Part shown: positions 16,968-26,977 of the stretch, piece by piece | Position numbering within the stretch: position 1 is the stretch's first letter | How the letters are laid out: every line of letters starts with the position of its first letter | Assembly: GCA_031272365.1 (NCBI GenBank) | Contig: JAISTX010000013.1 | Span: forward strand, 256-64,255 | Direction of reading: 5' to 3' | Source of the DNA: Eubacteriales Family XIII. Incertae Sedis bacterium | Lineage (GTDB): Bacteria; Bacillota; Clostridia; Peptostreptococcales; Anaerovoracaceae | Length of the DNA: 64,000 nucleotides | The notes under the pieces: generated by a model | The model's input: the letters and a program-made list of their open reading frames with translations, nothing else | Told to the model about the DNA's origin: nothing | Databases searched by the model: none | Position numbers and translations under genes: made by a program

Positions 16968-18089
16968 TCAGACGTTCACCGTGGACAGCCGCACCGGCAG
17001 GATCAGGTAGGTGAACCCCTCCCCCTCGACCGGCCTGACCACGCAGGGGCTGATGCTCGTGCCGAACTCCATCACGACCTTCTCGTCCCCCGCCGCCCGC
17101 AGCGCCTCCTTCAGGAACCTCGCGTCGAACCCGATCTCCAGGTCCTCCCCCTCCTTCTCGATCGCGACCGTCTCCTTCCCGTGCCCCACGTCCGCGCGCG
17201 AGGACACCACCAGCGACCCCTCGCCGATCGAGAACCGCACGAAAGAGTTTTTCCCGTCGCTCTTGTACACCTCCGCAAGCTCCACCGCGTTCAGGATCTC
17301 CTCCCTGCGGCACACGAACCGGACCGCGTACTCCTTCGGCAGCACCTCCCGGTACTTGATGTACTCCCCCGCGAGCAGGTTCATCCGCACCGTCGTGTCC
17401 TCCGTCACGAGGACCGCCTTGTTCTGCCCCACCTCGAGGCACACCTCCTCTTTGCAGGACTCTGCCAGGATCTTTCCGGCCTCCCGCATCATCCGGGCCG
17501 GGATGACCGCCTTCAGCGACTCCCCGCGCAGCGCCTCGCGGAAATCCCGCCGGATCGCCACCCTATACCCGTCCAGGGCCACCATCGCCAGGTCCCCCGC
17601 CTCCACCTCGAACAGGGCCCCCGTGATCACCCCCCTCGACTCGTCGGCGCTGGCCGCGAAGCAGGTGCCCTCGATCATATCCTTCAAAGCTTCCCTTTCA
17701 ATAATAATTTTCTTGCCCTCTTCCATGCCTTCGATGCGCGGAAACTCGCTTTCCTCTATTCCCTGTATCTTGTTGTCCGTCGTCTCCGTCGTGATCGTGA
17801 GCACGTTCCTCTCGTCCGTGGCGAGCACCACGTCCTCCTCCGGCAGCTTCCTGATCAAATCGGAGAAGACGCGCGCCTCCACGACGACCGAACCCCCCTC
17901 GTTCACGATCGCCCCCATCCGCGTCGTGATGGATATCTGTATGTCCGTCGCGGACAGGTTGATGTTCAGGTCCCCGTCCGTCTTGATGAGTATCCCCTTG
18001 ATGATCCCGAGCGTGGAAACAGTGGACACGGCCCTCGAGACGATCCCGAGCGCTTTGATCAAATTTGTTTTCTTGCAAATTGCTTTCAC
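16968..18089 (-). CDS. dnaN: DNA polymerase III beta sliding clamp (GTG start)
   Basis: About 373 aa with a three-domain clamp pattern. Lies downstream of dnaA. Confidence 0.9.
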   Translation of the reverse strand: MKAICKKTNLIKALGIVSRAVSTVSTLGIIKGILIKTDGDLNINLSATDIQISITTRMGAIVNEGGSVVVEARVFSDLIRKLPEEDVVLATDERNVLTITTETTDNKIQGIEESEFPRIEGMEEGKKIIIEREALKDMIEGTCFAASADESRGVITGALFEVEAGDLAMVALDGYRVAIRRDFREALRGESLKAVIPARMMREAGKILAESCKEEVCLEVGQNKAVLVTEDTTVRMNLLAGEYIKYREVLPKEYAVRFVCRREEILNAVELAEVYKSDGKNSFVRFSIGEGSLVVSSRADVGHGKETVAIEKEGEDLEIGFDARFLKEALRAAGDEKVVMEFGTSISPCVVRPVEGEGFTYLILPVRLSTVNV

Positions 18090-18106
18090 GTGCTTTTCCT
18101 TTCTTC

Positions 18107-18203
18107 AATCATTTTATTTTTATTATTTTGCCTATGGATATGTGGATAACTCCTATGGACAAGTGAAAAAAGCCTTTTCCCACCTCTTTTTTTCTATGGA
18201 TAA
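18107..18203. other. oriC part (dnaA-dnaN spacer): AT-rich tract plus DnaA boxes
   Basis: AT-rich caatcattttatttttattatttt (18107-18130). TGTGGATAA at 18141-18149 is a perfect box in reverse orientation. TATGGATAA at 18195-18203 has 1 mismatch. Weaker boxes at 18133 and 18154. Confidence 0.65.
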
Positions 18204-18238
18204 CTCTTTGGATATCCTGTCATATCTATGGGAAAAAA

Positions 18239-19606
18239 TCAATACTCCTCTTCAATCTTGTCCTTGATCTCTTGGATGATGCTCCCGAGTTGTTCGTTCG
18301 TCTTGAGCTCCTTGCGCACTTTCTCGTAGGCGTGGTGGACGGTGGAGTAGTCCTTCCCGAACATCTTCGCTATTTTTGGGAAGGAGTTTTGCGTCATCTC
18401 GTAGCTCAGGAACATCGCGATCTGCCGCGGCATCGCGAGCGAGCGCGTGCGCTCCTGCGAGTCGATCTGGGCGACCGTGATCCCGAAATGGGCGGCGACC
18501 ACCTTCTTGATGTCCTTCGGGGACACGTCCCCCGTGCCGTTCACGGAGACGACGTCCTTGAGGATCTGCTTCGCCAGGTTCCTGGAGAAGGAGGATCCGG
18601 AGATCTTCGCGAAGGCTACCACGCGGTTGAAGGCGCTCTCCAGCTCGCGCACGTTGGTCTTCACGATCTCCGCGATGAAGGAGATGACCTCGTTGAGGCC
18701 CTCGTCCTCCGGGATGCCGTCGAGCTTCGCCTTGTTCAGGAGGATGGCCACCTTGATCTCGTAGGAAGGCGGCTGCAGGTCCACGAGGAGCCCGCTGCCG
18801 AGGCGGCTCTGCAGCCGCTCGTCGATGCCGAGGATGTCCTTCGGCGGGCGGTCGCTCGTGAAGACCATCTGCTTGCCCATGTTGTAGAGCGTGTTGTACG
18901 TGTTGAAGACCTCCTCTACGGTCTTGTCCTTCTCGCTGATGAACTGTATGTCGTCGATCAGGAGCACGTCGATGCCCCTGTACTTCGCCTTGAACTCGTT
19001 CATCTTCTTTTGCAGGTTCGCGTTGACGAACTCCTCCGTGAACGTCTCAGAGGAGACGTACAGCACCTTCTTGCTGGGGAAGTTTTCCATCACGAAGATG
19101 CCGATCGCGTTCATCAGGTGCGTCTTGCCGAGGCCGGACCCCCCGTAGATGAAGAGGGGGCTGTAGGCCTTGCCCGGGGCCTCGGCCACCGCCTTCGCGG
19201 CCATCGCCGCGAAGCGGCTGTTGTCGCCGATGATGAAATTGTCGAACGTGTAGCGGGGGTTGAAGATGTTCTCCCCGTCCAGGGAGGTGGGGCCGGGATC
19301 CTTCCGGGGCTCCGGGGCGCGCGCCGTGCGGTCCTGCGGGAGCAGGAAGGAGAGCGTGACCGGCGCGGCGAAGGCCTCGCTCGCCGCCTCGGCGATCGTG
19401 CCCGCGTACTTCATCTCCAGCTGGGCCTGCTTGAAATCGTTGTCCACAGAAAAATAGAGCCGACCAGCCGCCTTGTCGTAGCGGATCGGCTCCAAATCTG
19501 CAATCCAAGCAAGAAAATCCCTCTTTTCAACGGATTTTTCAAGCGTCGCCAGCGTTCTTTCCCACAATTCCGAAGTTGTTTCCATTCTTTTCCTATCCGG
19601 TTCCAC
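18239..19606 (-). CDS. dnaA: chromosomal replication initiator protein DnaA
   Basis: Walker A GGSGLGKTHLMNAIG, LLIDDIQF, and C-terminal DNA-binding domain (PRQIAMFLSYEMT...DYSTVHHAYEKV). Confidence 0.95.
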   Translation of the reverse strand: MEPDRKRMETTSELWERTLATLEKSVEKRDFLAWIADLEPIRYDKAAGRLYFSVDNDFKQAQLEMKYAGTIAEAASEAFAAPVTLSFLLPQDRTARAPEPRKDPGPTSLDGENIFNPRYTFDNFIIGDNSRFAAMAAKAVAEAPGKAYSPLFIYGGSGLGKTHLMNAIGIFVMENFPSKKVLYVSSETFTEEFVNANLQKKMNEFKAKYRGIDVLLIDDIQFISEKDKTVEEVFNTYNTLYNMGKQMVFTSDRPPKDILGIDERLQSRLGSGLLVDLQPPSYEIKVAILLNKAKLDGIPEDEGLNEVISFIAEIVKTNVRELESAFNRVVAFAKISGSSFSRNLAKQILKDVVSVNGTGDVSPKDIKKVVAAHFGITVAQIDSQERTRSLAMPRQIAMFLSYEMTQNSFPKIAKMFGKDYSTVHHAYEKVRKELKTNEQLGSIIQEIKDKIEEEY

Positions 19607-19677
19607 CCTGCCTCAACAAACGAGCATATCTAAGATAACACGGGGGGCGCGGTGGGCGCAATACGAAAAAGGGCAAG

Positions 19678-19796
19678 TTATCCATAGAAATCCACATATT
19701 ATCCACAGGTTTTTTGTGGATAAAAAACCCCCGGGGCTCCGGGGCGCGCGCCGCTTATCCCAACGCACCCGCGTTCTGTGGAAAAAATATTCCACA
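19678..19796. other. oriC part (dnaA-gyrB spacer): DnaA-box cluster
   Basis: TTATCCATA 19678, AAATCCACA 19688, TTATCCACA 19699 (perfect), TGTGGATAA 19715 (perfect, reverse), TTATCCCAA 19755, TGTGGAAAA 19777, TATTCCACA 19788. Confidence 0.75.
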
Positions 19797-19863
19797 ATCG
19801 CGCCGGGGAAACGGGGGGCGCGAACATAGTGTTACTTTTACGTGACAGCGCGGCTCCGGGCTG

Positions 19864-19936
19864 TAAAAAAAACACTTTATATGGTAGAATATATTGTTAA
19901 AAATTCTACCTGTATATAATATGTAGGAAATTTTCA
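19864..19936. other. AT-rich tract: candidate DNA-unwinding element and/or gyrB promoter region
   Basis: taaaaaaaacactttatatggtagaatatattgttaaaaattctacctgtatataatatgtaggaaatttt. Contains the inverted repeat ggtagaat...attctacc and a TATAAT at 19915-19920. Confidence 0.5.
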
Positions 19937-19956
19937 GGAAGAGGGGTAAATGCCAC

Positions 19957-21900
19957 ATGGCGGCGGACGTAGAACAACAACGGTATAACGCGGAACAAAT
20001 TCAGGTGCTGGAGGGGCTCGAGCCGGTCCGGACGAGGCCCGGCATGTACATCGGGAGCACGGGGCCCAGGGGGCTCCACCACCTCGTCTACGAGGTCGTG
20101 GACAACAGCGTCGACGAGGCGCTGGCGGGGTTCTGCAAGCACATCAACGTGACGATCCAGGCGGACAACTCGATCGTCGTCGAGGACGACGGGCGCGGCA
20201 TGCCCGTGGACAAGCACCCGAAGCTGGGGATCCCGGCGGTCGAGGTCATCCACACGGTGCTGCACGCGGGCGGCAAATTCGGCGGCGGCGGCTACAAGGT
20301 GTCGGGCGGCCTGCACGGCGTCGGCGCCTCCGTCGTCAACGCCCTCTCCGAGGAGATGGAGGTCCAGATCCAGCGGAACGGCAAGATCTACCGCCAGACG
20401 TACTCGCGCGGCAAGACGACGAGCAAGCTCGAGGTCATCGGCGAGAGCAAGAAGACGGGCTCGCGCACGATGTTCCGCCCCGACCCGGAGATCTTCGACG
20501 AGCTCGAGTACGACTACGGCACGCTGGAGCACCGCCTGCGCGAGATGGCCTTCCTCAACAAGGGCGTGCGCATCACGCTCGCCGACGAGCGCGAGGGCAA
20601 GAAAAAGAAGGAAGTCTTCTATTATGAAGGGGGCATCCTCGAGTTCGTGCGGCACCAAAACGCAAACAAGGAGCCGATCCACCCGGACATCATCTACTTC
20701 GAGGCGTCCCGCAAGTCCTCTGAGGGCGGCGGCGACGCGGACGTGGAGATCGCGATGCAGTACACGAAGCGCTTCAACGAGACGGTCTTCACGTACGCCA
20801 ACAACATCAACACGATCGAGGGCGGCATGCACCTGTCGGGCTTCCGCAGCTCGCTGACGCGCGTGTTCAACGAGTACGCGCGCCGGCAGGGCATCCTGAA
20901 GGAGAAGGACGAGAGCTTCACGGGCGAGGACGTGCGCGAGGGGCTGACGGCGATCATCTCCGTGAAGCTCACGACGCCGCAGTTCGAGGGGCAGACGAAG
21001 GCGAAGCTCGGCAACAGCGACATCCGCGGCTTCGTGGAGAGCACGACCAACGACCGGCTCATGGCCTTCCTCGAGGAGAACCCCTCGCAGGCCAAGACGA
21101 TCCTGGACAAGATCTACGGCACGTACAAGGTGCGGCTGAAGACGCAGAAGGTGCGCGAGACGGAGCGCAAGAGCCTCATGTCGGGCGGGAGCCTGCCCGG
21201 CAAGCTCGCGGACTGCTCGGAGAAGGACCCCGCGCTCTCGGAGATCTTCCTCGTCGAGGGCGACTCGGCGGGCGGCAGCGCGAAGCTCGGGCGCGACCGC
21301 AGGCGCCAGGCCATCCTGCCGCTGCGCGGCAAGATCCTCAACGTCGAGAAGGCAAACCTCGACCGCGTGCTCTCCTCGGACGAGATCAAGAACATGATCA
21401 CGGCCTTCGGCTGCGGCATCGACGAAAACTTCGACCTCGAGAAGCTGCGTTATCACAAAATAATAATAATGACGGACGCCGACGTGGACGGCGCGCACAT
21501 CCGCACGCTGCTGCTGACGTTCTTCTTCCGGCACATGACGGAGCTGATCCAAAACGGCAACGTCTACATCGCGCAGCCGCCGCTCTACCAGGTCAAGCGC
21601 GGCAAGGACGTTCATTATACATACTCGGAGAAGGAGCAGGAGAAGCTCATGCGCCGGCTCGGCGAGGAGGCGCCCAACGCGAAGTGGGACATCCAAAGGT
21701 ACAAGGGCCTGGGCGAGATGGACGCGTCGCAGCTGTGGGAGACGACGATGGACTGGCAGGGGCGCACGCTGATCCAGGTGACGCTCGACGACTACAGCCT
21801 CGCGGACGAGACGTTCGTGATGCTGATGGGGGACCGCGTGGAGCCGCGGCGCCGATTCATCGAGGAAAACGCCCGGTACGTGAAAAACCTTGACATATAG
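19957..21900 (+). CDS. gyrB: DNA gyrase subunit B
   Basis: [53 protein letters not shown]. Confidence 0.95.
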   Translation: MAADVEQQRYNAEQIQVLEGLEPVRTRPGMYIGSTGPRGLHHLVYEVVDNSVDEALAGFCKHINVTIQADNSIVVEDDGRGMPVDKHPKLGIPAVEVIHTVLHAGGKFGGGGYKVSGGLHGVGASVVNALSEEMEVQIQRNGKIYRQTYSRGKTTSKLEVIGESKKTGSRTMFRPDPEIFDELEYDYGTLEHRLREMAFLNKGVRITLADEREGKKKKEVFYYEGGILEFVRHQNANKEPIHPDIIYFEASRKSSEGGGDADVEIAMQYTKRFNETVFTYANNINTIEGGMHLSGFRSSLTRVFNEYARRQGILKEKDESFTGEDVREGLTAIISVKLTTPQFEGQTKAKLGNSDIRGFVESTTNDRLMAFLEENPSQAKTILDKIYGTYKVRLKTQKVRETERKSLMSGGSLPGKLADCSEKDPALSEIFLVEGDSAGGSAKLGRDRRRQAILPLRGKILNVEKANLDRVLSSDEIKNMITAFGCGIDENFDLEKLRYHKIIIMTDADVDGAHIRTLLLTFFFRHMTELIQNGNVYIAQPPLYQVKRGKDVHYTYSEKEQEKLMRRLGEEAPNAKWDIQRYKGLGEMDASQLWETTMDWQGRTLIQVTLDDYSLADETFVMLMGDRVEPRRRFIEENARYVKNLDI

Positions 21901-21914
21901 AAACAGGAGCAGCC

Positions 21915-24362
21915 ATGAGTGAGCAAATCGACGAACTGAAACTGATACAGACCGAAATCCACGACGAGATGAAGACGGCGTACATCGACTACGCGATGAG
22001 CGTCATCGTCGCGCGCGCCCTGCCCGACGTCCGCGACGGGCTGAAGCCCGTGCACCGGCGCATCCTCTACGGGATGAGCGAGCTCGGCGTCACGCCCGAC
22101 AAGCCGCACAAAAAATCCGCGCGCATCGTCGGCGACGTCATGGGCAAATACCACCCGCACGGCGACAGCTCGATCTACGACGCGATGGTGCGGCTGGCGC
22201 AGGACTTCTCCATCCGCTACCCGCTCGTCGACGGCCACGGCAATTTCGGCAACATCGACGGCGACAGCGCCGCGGCCATGCGCTACACGGAGGCGCGCAT
22301 GAGCCCGCTCGCGCTGCAGATGCTGCGCGACATCGAGAAGGACACGGTCGACTTCATGCCCAACTTCGACGGCGAGGAGAAGGAGCCCATCGTCCTGCCC
22401 GCCCGCTTCCCGAACCTGCTCGTGAACGGCAGCAACGGCATCGCGGTCGGCATGGCGACGTCCATCCCGCCGCACAACCTCGTGGAGGTCATCGACGCGA
22501 CGACGCACCTGATCGACCACCCGGGGGCGACGGACGACGAGCTGTGCAAATTCGTCAAGGGGCCGGACTTCCCGACGGGCGCGATCATCCTCGGCAAAAA
22601 GGGCGCGAAGGAGGCCTACAAGACGGGGCGCGGCAGCGTGCTCGTGCGCGCGACGCACACGTTCGAGGAGACGAAAAAGGGGCGGACGCAGATCATCTTC
22701 ACGTCCATCCCCTACCAGATCAACAAGGGCAACCTGCTCGAGAAGATGGGCGAGCTCGCGCGCGAGCAGAAGATCGAGGGGATCGCCGAGGTGCGCGACG
22801 AGTCGAGCATGGAAGGCATCCGCATCGTCGTCGAGCTGAAAAAAGACGCCAACCCGCAGATCACGCTGAACAGGCTCTTCAAGCAGACGCAGCTGCAGGC
22901 CAGTTATTCGATGATCATGCTCGCGCTGGTCGACGGCGAGCCGAAGGTGCTCAGCCTCTCGCAGATCCTGCACCACTACCTCGTGCACCAGAAGGAGGTC
23001 CTGACGCGCCGGACGCAGTTCGAGCTGAAGAAGGCGGAGGCGCGCGCGCACATCCTGGAGGGGCTCATCATCGCGCTCGACAACATCGACGAGGTCATCA
23101 AGACGATCCGCGAGAGCTACGACGACGCGAAGGAGCGGCTCATGGACCGGTTCCGCCTCTCCGACCTGCAGGCGCAGGCGATCCTCGAGATGCAGCTGCG
23201 CCGGCTGCAGGGGCTGGAGAAGGAGAAGATCGAGAAGGAGTACGCGGAGCTGCGCAAGATGATCGCCTACTACAAGGAGCTGCTCGCCGACGAGGCGAAG
23301 CTGATGGGCGTCGTGAAGGCGGAGCTCGAGGAGATCAAGGACAAATGGGGCGACGCGCGCAAGACGAAGATCGAGGCGGCCGCGGCGGAGATCGAGGAGG
23401 AGGACCTCATCGAGGAGGGCCGCGTCGCGGTCACGCTGACGCACCTCGGCTACATCAAGCGCGTGGACGCGGACGAGTACAAGCTGCAGCGGCGCGGCGG
23501 CAAGGGCATCAAGGCGCTGACGACGAGGGACAACGATTTCGTGCGCGACCTCATCATCACGTCCACGCACGATTATTTGATGTTCTTTACAAATACGGGC
23601 AAGGTGCATAAAATAAAAGCATACGAGATACCGGAGGCGCAGCGCACCGCGAAGGGCACGCCCGCGATCAACTTCCTCAATCTCATGCAGCGGGAGCGCA
23701 TCACGGCGCTCATGCCGATCCGGGAGTTCCCGGAGGACCGCTACCTGATCTGCGTGACGAAGAAGGGGACGATCAAGAAGACGCCGCTGTCGCAGTACGA
23801 CACCAACCGGAAGAACGGGCTGATCGCGATCGCGCTGAAGGACGGCGACGAGATGATCGGCATCAAGCAGAGCAGCGGCAGCGACCTGGTGATCCTCGTC
23901 ACGAAGTTCGGCAAGAGCATCTGCTTCAAGGAGGACGACGTGCGCAGCATGGGCAGGACCGCCGGCGGCGTGCGCGGGATCAACCTCGAGGCGGGCGACG
24001 AAGTCGTGGCCATGGACCTCGTGCAGCCGGAGGAGAAGCTCCTCGTCGTGACCCAGTTCGGGCTCGGCAAGAGGACGCCGGTCTCCGACTACAACATACA
24101 GAAGCGCGGCGGCATGGGGCTGCTGACGTACGACAAGAAGAAGATCAAGAAGACGGGCGAGCTGGTCGGGGCCTGCGTGGTGAACGACGACGACGAGATC
24201 ATGCTCATCAACTCGGACGGCATCCTGATCCGCATCGAGGCGCGGGAGGTGAAAGAGCTCAGCCGCGTGACCCAGGGGGTCAAGATCATGAAGGTGGGCG
24301 AAGACGCGCAGATCATCGCGATCGCGAAGGTCGCGCGGGAAGAAGACGAGGAGGACAGCTAA
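21915..24362 (+). CDS. gyrA: DNA gyrase subunit A
   Basis: [22 protein letters not shown] (catalytic Tyr), and C-terminal beta-pinwheel repeats. Confidence 0.95.
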   Translation: MSEQIDELKLIQTEIHDEMKTAYIDYAMSVIVARALPDVRDGLKPVHRRILYGMSELGVTPDKPHKKSARIVGDVMGKYHPHGDSSIYDAMVRLAQDFSIRYPLVDGHGNFGNIDGDSAAAMRYTEARMSPLALQMLRDIEKDTVDFMPNFDGEEKEPIVLPARFPNLLVNGSNGIAVGMATSIPPHNLVEVIDATTHLIDHPGATDDELCKFVKGPDFPTGAIILGKKGAKEAYKTGRGSVLVRATHTFEETKKGRTQIIFTSIPYQINKGNLLEKMGELAREQKIEGIAEVRDESSMEGIRIVVELKKDANPQITLNRLFKQTQLQASYSMIMLALVDGEPKVLSLSQILHHYLVHQKEVLTRRTQFELKKAEARAHILEGLIIALDNIDEVIKTIRESYDDAKERLMDRFRLSDLQAQAILEMQLRRLQGLEKEKIEKEYAELRKMIAYYKELLADEAKLMGVVKAELEEIKDKWGDARKTKIEAAAAEIEEEDLIEEGRVAVTLTHLGYIKRVDADEYKLQRRGGKGIKALTTRDNDFVRDLIITSTHDYLMFFTNTGKVHKIKAYEIPEAQRTAKGTPAINFLNLMQRERITALMPIREFPEDRYLICVTKKGTIKKTPLSQYDTNRKNGLIAIALKDGDEMIGIKQSSGSDLVILVTKFGKSICFKEDDVRSMGRTAGGVRGINLEAGDEVVAMDLVQPEEKLLVVTQFGLGKRTPVSDYNIQKRGGMGLLTYDKKKIKKTGELVGACVVNDDDEIMLINSDGILIRIEAREVKELSRVTQGVKIMKVGEDAQIIAIAKVAREEDEEDS

Positions 24363-24369
24363 AGTGGCA

Positions 24370-24672
24370 ATGTCGATCAATGCAAACAACAACGCAGCGG
24401 AAGGGCTTTGGGACTTCAAGGTCGTGGGCGAGGTGGACATCAGCAACGCGCATTATTTCAAGACCCAGCTCGAGGCGGCGCTCGCGGAGAAGCAGCAGAA
24501 CATCCGCATCGACCTCGAGGACCTCAACTACATCGACAGCACGGGCCTGGGCGTCATCATCGGCTGCTACGGGCAGATCAAGAAGGACGGGCTGACGATC
24601 AAGCTCGTCAACCCGAAGCCGAACGTGAAGAAGCTCCTGACGATCTCGGGCTTCGACAAGGTGCTGCTGTAA
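24370..24672 (+). CDS. STAS-domain anti-sigma-factor antagonist (RsbV/SpoIIAA type)
   Basis: DLNYIDSTGLGVII (phosphorylatable Ser context). Starts 7 nt after the gyrA stop. Confidence 0.85.
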   Translation: MSINANNNAAEGLWDFKVVGEVDISNAHYFKTQLEAALAEKQQNIRIDLEDLNYIDSTGLGVIIGCYGQIKKDGLTIKLVNPKPNVKKLLTISGFDKVLL

Positions 24673-24703
24673 GCGGCGGGGGCTTGCAAGGAGGGGTTTT
24701 GGC

Positions 24704-25120
24704 ATGGCGGACGTTTTGAAACTGACGGTGCCCGGCAAGGCGGAGTACGTGCGGGCCGTGCGCATGACGGCGGCGACGGTCGCGAGCGGCTGCGGCTTCG
24801 ACATCGACCAGATCGAGGACATCAAGGTCGCGATCTCGGAGGCGTGCACCAACATCGTGCTGCACGGCGGGCCGGAGCCGGTCGACTACGAAGTGGTGTT
24901 CGAGGTCGGCGAGGACACGCTTTCGATCACGGTGGAGGACAGGGGCGAGGGCTACGACGTGGAGGGCTACGTCGAGCCGGTCCCCGGGGAGATCCAGGAA
25001 GGAGGCGGGCTCGGCATCTTCATCATCCGGGCGCTGATGGACGAGGTCGACATCCGCTCGGAGGTCGGGGCCGGGACGTTCATATGCATGAAAAAACGCT
25101 TGCTGGCGCAGGCGGTCTGA
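24704..25120 (+). CDS. anti-sigma factor serine kinase (RsbW/SpoIIAB type, HATPase_c)
   Basis: SEACTNIVLHG ... DRGEGYD ... GGLGIFIIRALMDEV. Confidence 0.85.
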   Translation: MADVLKLTVPGKAEYVRAVRMTAATVASGCGFDIDQIEDIKVAISEACTNIVLHGGPEPVDYEVVFEVGEDTLSITVEDRGEGYDVEGYVEPVPGEIQEGGGLGIFIIRALMDEVDIRSEVGAGTFICMKKRLLAQAV

Positions 25121-25150
25121 GGCGCGCGCGTCTGCGGGGGGCATAGGGTC

Positions 25151-25909
25151 ATGGCAGGAACGCCAGAAGAGAAGCAGGCCATCGCGGATCTGTTCCGCGC
25201 GTACGGGGAGTCGCATTCCGAGGGCATCCGAAACGAGCTCGTCGAGAAGCACCTCTACCTCGCGGAGATCCTGGCGCGCAAATACGCCGGGCGCGGCGTG
25301 GACTACGAGGACCTGCTGCAGGTGGCGAGCTACGCGCTCGTGCTCGCCGTCGAGCGGTTCGACCCGGGCAAGGGCGTGCAGTTCACGAGCTTCGCGACGC
25401 CGACGATCATCGGGGAGATCAAACGGTATTTCCGCGACACGGCCTGGTCGCTCAAGGTGCCGCGCCGGCTCAAGGAGATCGCGATGCGCATCCCGCAGGC
25501 CAGGGAGCGGCTCATGGAGGAGCTCGGCCACGTGCCGACGGTGCAGGAGCTCTCGAAGGACCTGGGCGTGCCCGAGGACGAGATCCTCGAGGCGCTGGAG
25601 AGCAGCCGCGCCTACTCCACGTTTTCGCTCGAGCAGGAGGCGGAGGCGTCGGCGGAGAGCGGCGACAGCCCGATCTTCGAGAAATACCTCGGCACCGAGG
25701 AGAGGGGCTACGACCGGTTCGACACGTCGACGGTCGTGCAGAACGTGATGGCGGAGCTGTCGGACACGGAGAAGGAGATCATGCGGAGGCGGTTCCTGCA
25801 GGAGATGACGCAGCGGGAGGTCGCCGAGGCGCTCGGCCTGTCGCAGATGACGGTCTCCAGGATCGAGAAGGCGATGCGGGCGAAGTTCCGCGCGGAGTAC
25901 AACAAATAA
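25151..25909 (+). CDS. alternative sigma factor of the SigB/SigF group
   Basis: [30 protein letters not shown] closely resembles my recollection of B. subtilis SigB region 2.4/3 ([30 protein letters not shown]). Region 4 contains [13 protein letters not shown]. Confidence 0.85.
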   Translation: [252 protein letters not shown]

Positions 25910-25923
25910 AGGATTTGAAAGAT

Positions 25924-26904
25924 ATGCGCGTATTCAGCGGCGTACAGCCAACCGGCAACATCCACATCGGCAACTACCTCGGGGCGCTGAGGCAGTTCGT
26001 GGCCCTGCAGGACGAGGGCGAGTGCATCTACTGCATCGTCGACCTGCACGCGATCACGCTGCCCAAGGACCCCAGCGAGCTGCGGTCGCACATCCTCGAC
26101 GTGGCGGCGCTGTACATGGCCATCGGCCTCGACCCGAAGAGGTCCATCCTCTTCGTGCAGTCCGACGTGCCGGGGCACGCGGAGCTCTCGTGGATCCTGA
26201 CCTGCTGCGCCTACACGGGCGAGCTGTCGCGCATGACGCAGTTCAAGGACAAGAGCCGGGGCAACGAGAGCGCGCCGGCGGGCCTCTTCCTCTACCCCGT
26301 GCTCATGGCGGCGGACATCCTTTTGTACGACGCGGACGTCGTGCCCGTCGGCCAGGACCAGAAGCAGCACATCGAGCTGACGCGCGACCTCGCGGTGCGC
26401 GTCAACAACCGCTTCGGCGACGACACCCTGGTCGTGCCGGACGGGCGCTTCCTGAAGGAGGGCGCGCGCGTGATGGCGCTCGACGACCCCACGTCCAAGA
26501 TGAGCAAGAGCGCCGAGAGCGAGATGAGCCGCATCTCGCTGCTGGACGACGACGCGAAGATCAAGAAGGCGATCATGCGTGCGACGACGGACTCGGACGG
26601 CGAGATCCGCTACGACATCGAGCGCAAGCCCGGGATCAGCAACCTGCTGTCGATCTACGGCGCCTTCTCCGGCCGGTCGGTGGACGACGTCGCCGCCCAG
26701 TACCAGGGCCAGGGCTACGGCTCCCTGAAGAAGGACCTCGTGGAGGTCACGGTGGACGCCCTGCGGCCGATCAAGGAGCGCTTCTGCGAAATCCGCCCGA
26801 GCGGCGAGCTCGTGGATGCCCTGCGGGACGGCGCGGAAAGGGCAAACGCCATCGCCGCCCGCGTCCTCGCCAGGGTCCAGGGGAAATTCGGCCTCGGGGT
26901 GTAG
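25924..26904 (+). CDS. trpS: tryptophan--tRNA ligase
   Basis: SGVQPTGNIHIGNYLG (HIGH), KMSKS. ATG 25924 is preferred over TTG 25915. Confidence 0.92.
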   Translation: MRVFSGVQPTGNIHIGNYLGALRQFVALQDEGECIYCIVDLHAITLPKDPSELRSHILDVAALYMAIGLDPKRSILFVQSDVPGHAELSWILTCCAYTGELSRMTQFKDKSRGNESAPAGLFLYPVLMAADILLYDADVVPVGQDQKQHIELTRDLAVRVNNRFGDDTLVVPDGRFLKEGARVMALDDPTSKMSKSAESEMSRISLLDDDAKIKKAIMRATTDSDGEIRYDIERKPGISNLLSIYGAFSGRSVDDVAAQYQGQGYGSLKKDLVEVTVDALRPIKERFCEIRPSGELVDALRDGAERANAIAARVLARVQGKFGLGV

Positions 26905-26911
26905 AAAAAGC

Positions 26912-26940
26912 TTGCAGGGCAAGAACTTCTGTTCTATAAT
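26912..26940 (+). promoter_or_regulatory. sigma-A-type promoter for the R-M operon (TTGCAG-17-TATAAT)
   Basis: cTTGCAGggcaagaacttctgttcTATAAT, 37 nt upstream of the methyltransferase ATG. GAGGGAG Shine-Dalgarno. Confidence 0.55.
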
Positions 26941-26977
26941 CATGCTATGAGCAGCGCGACGTTGATGAGGGAGAGAA

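Noticed and set aside
18081-18096. A parS-like sequence, tgctttcacgtgctttt, at the dnaN start.
   Set aside because: Only the left half and the CACGTG core match. The right half (gtgctttt versus gtgaaaca) does not, and the segment contains the GTG start codon of dnaN.
19906-24446. Very long minus-strand ORFs (596 aa and 884 aa) antisense to gyrB and gyrA. Similar cases are 32685-34688, 2785-4359, 5432-6970, 6504-7973, 12909-14129, 49692-51137, 51765-53432, 58706-60499 and 60807-62426.
   Set aside because: Their translations are Arg/Ala/Gly/His/Asp/Leu-rich with no recognisable motifs, and each lies opposite a gene with unmistakable family motifs. This is the typical stop-codon-poor antisense frame of GC-rich DNA.
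24370-25909. Calling the three-gene module the sporulation spoIIA operon (spoIIAA-spoIIAB-sigF).
   Set aside because: The gene order fits, but the sigma factor's conserved region resembles SigB more than SigF as far as I can recall. No sporulation-specific genes are visible in the window, so the module is reported as a SigB/SigF-group factor with identity unresolved.
25910-25923. T-box leaders upstream of trpS, and of the aspS part of the fusion.
   Set aside because: The spacer before trpS is only about 14 nt, and aspS has no untranslated leader at all. There is no room for a roughly 200-nt T-box.
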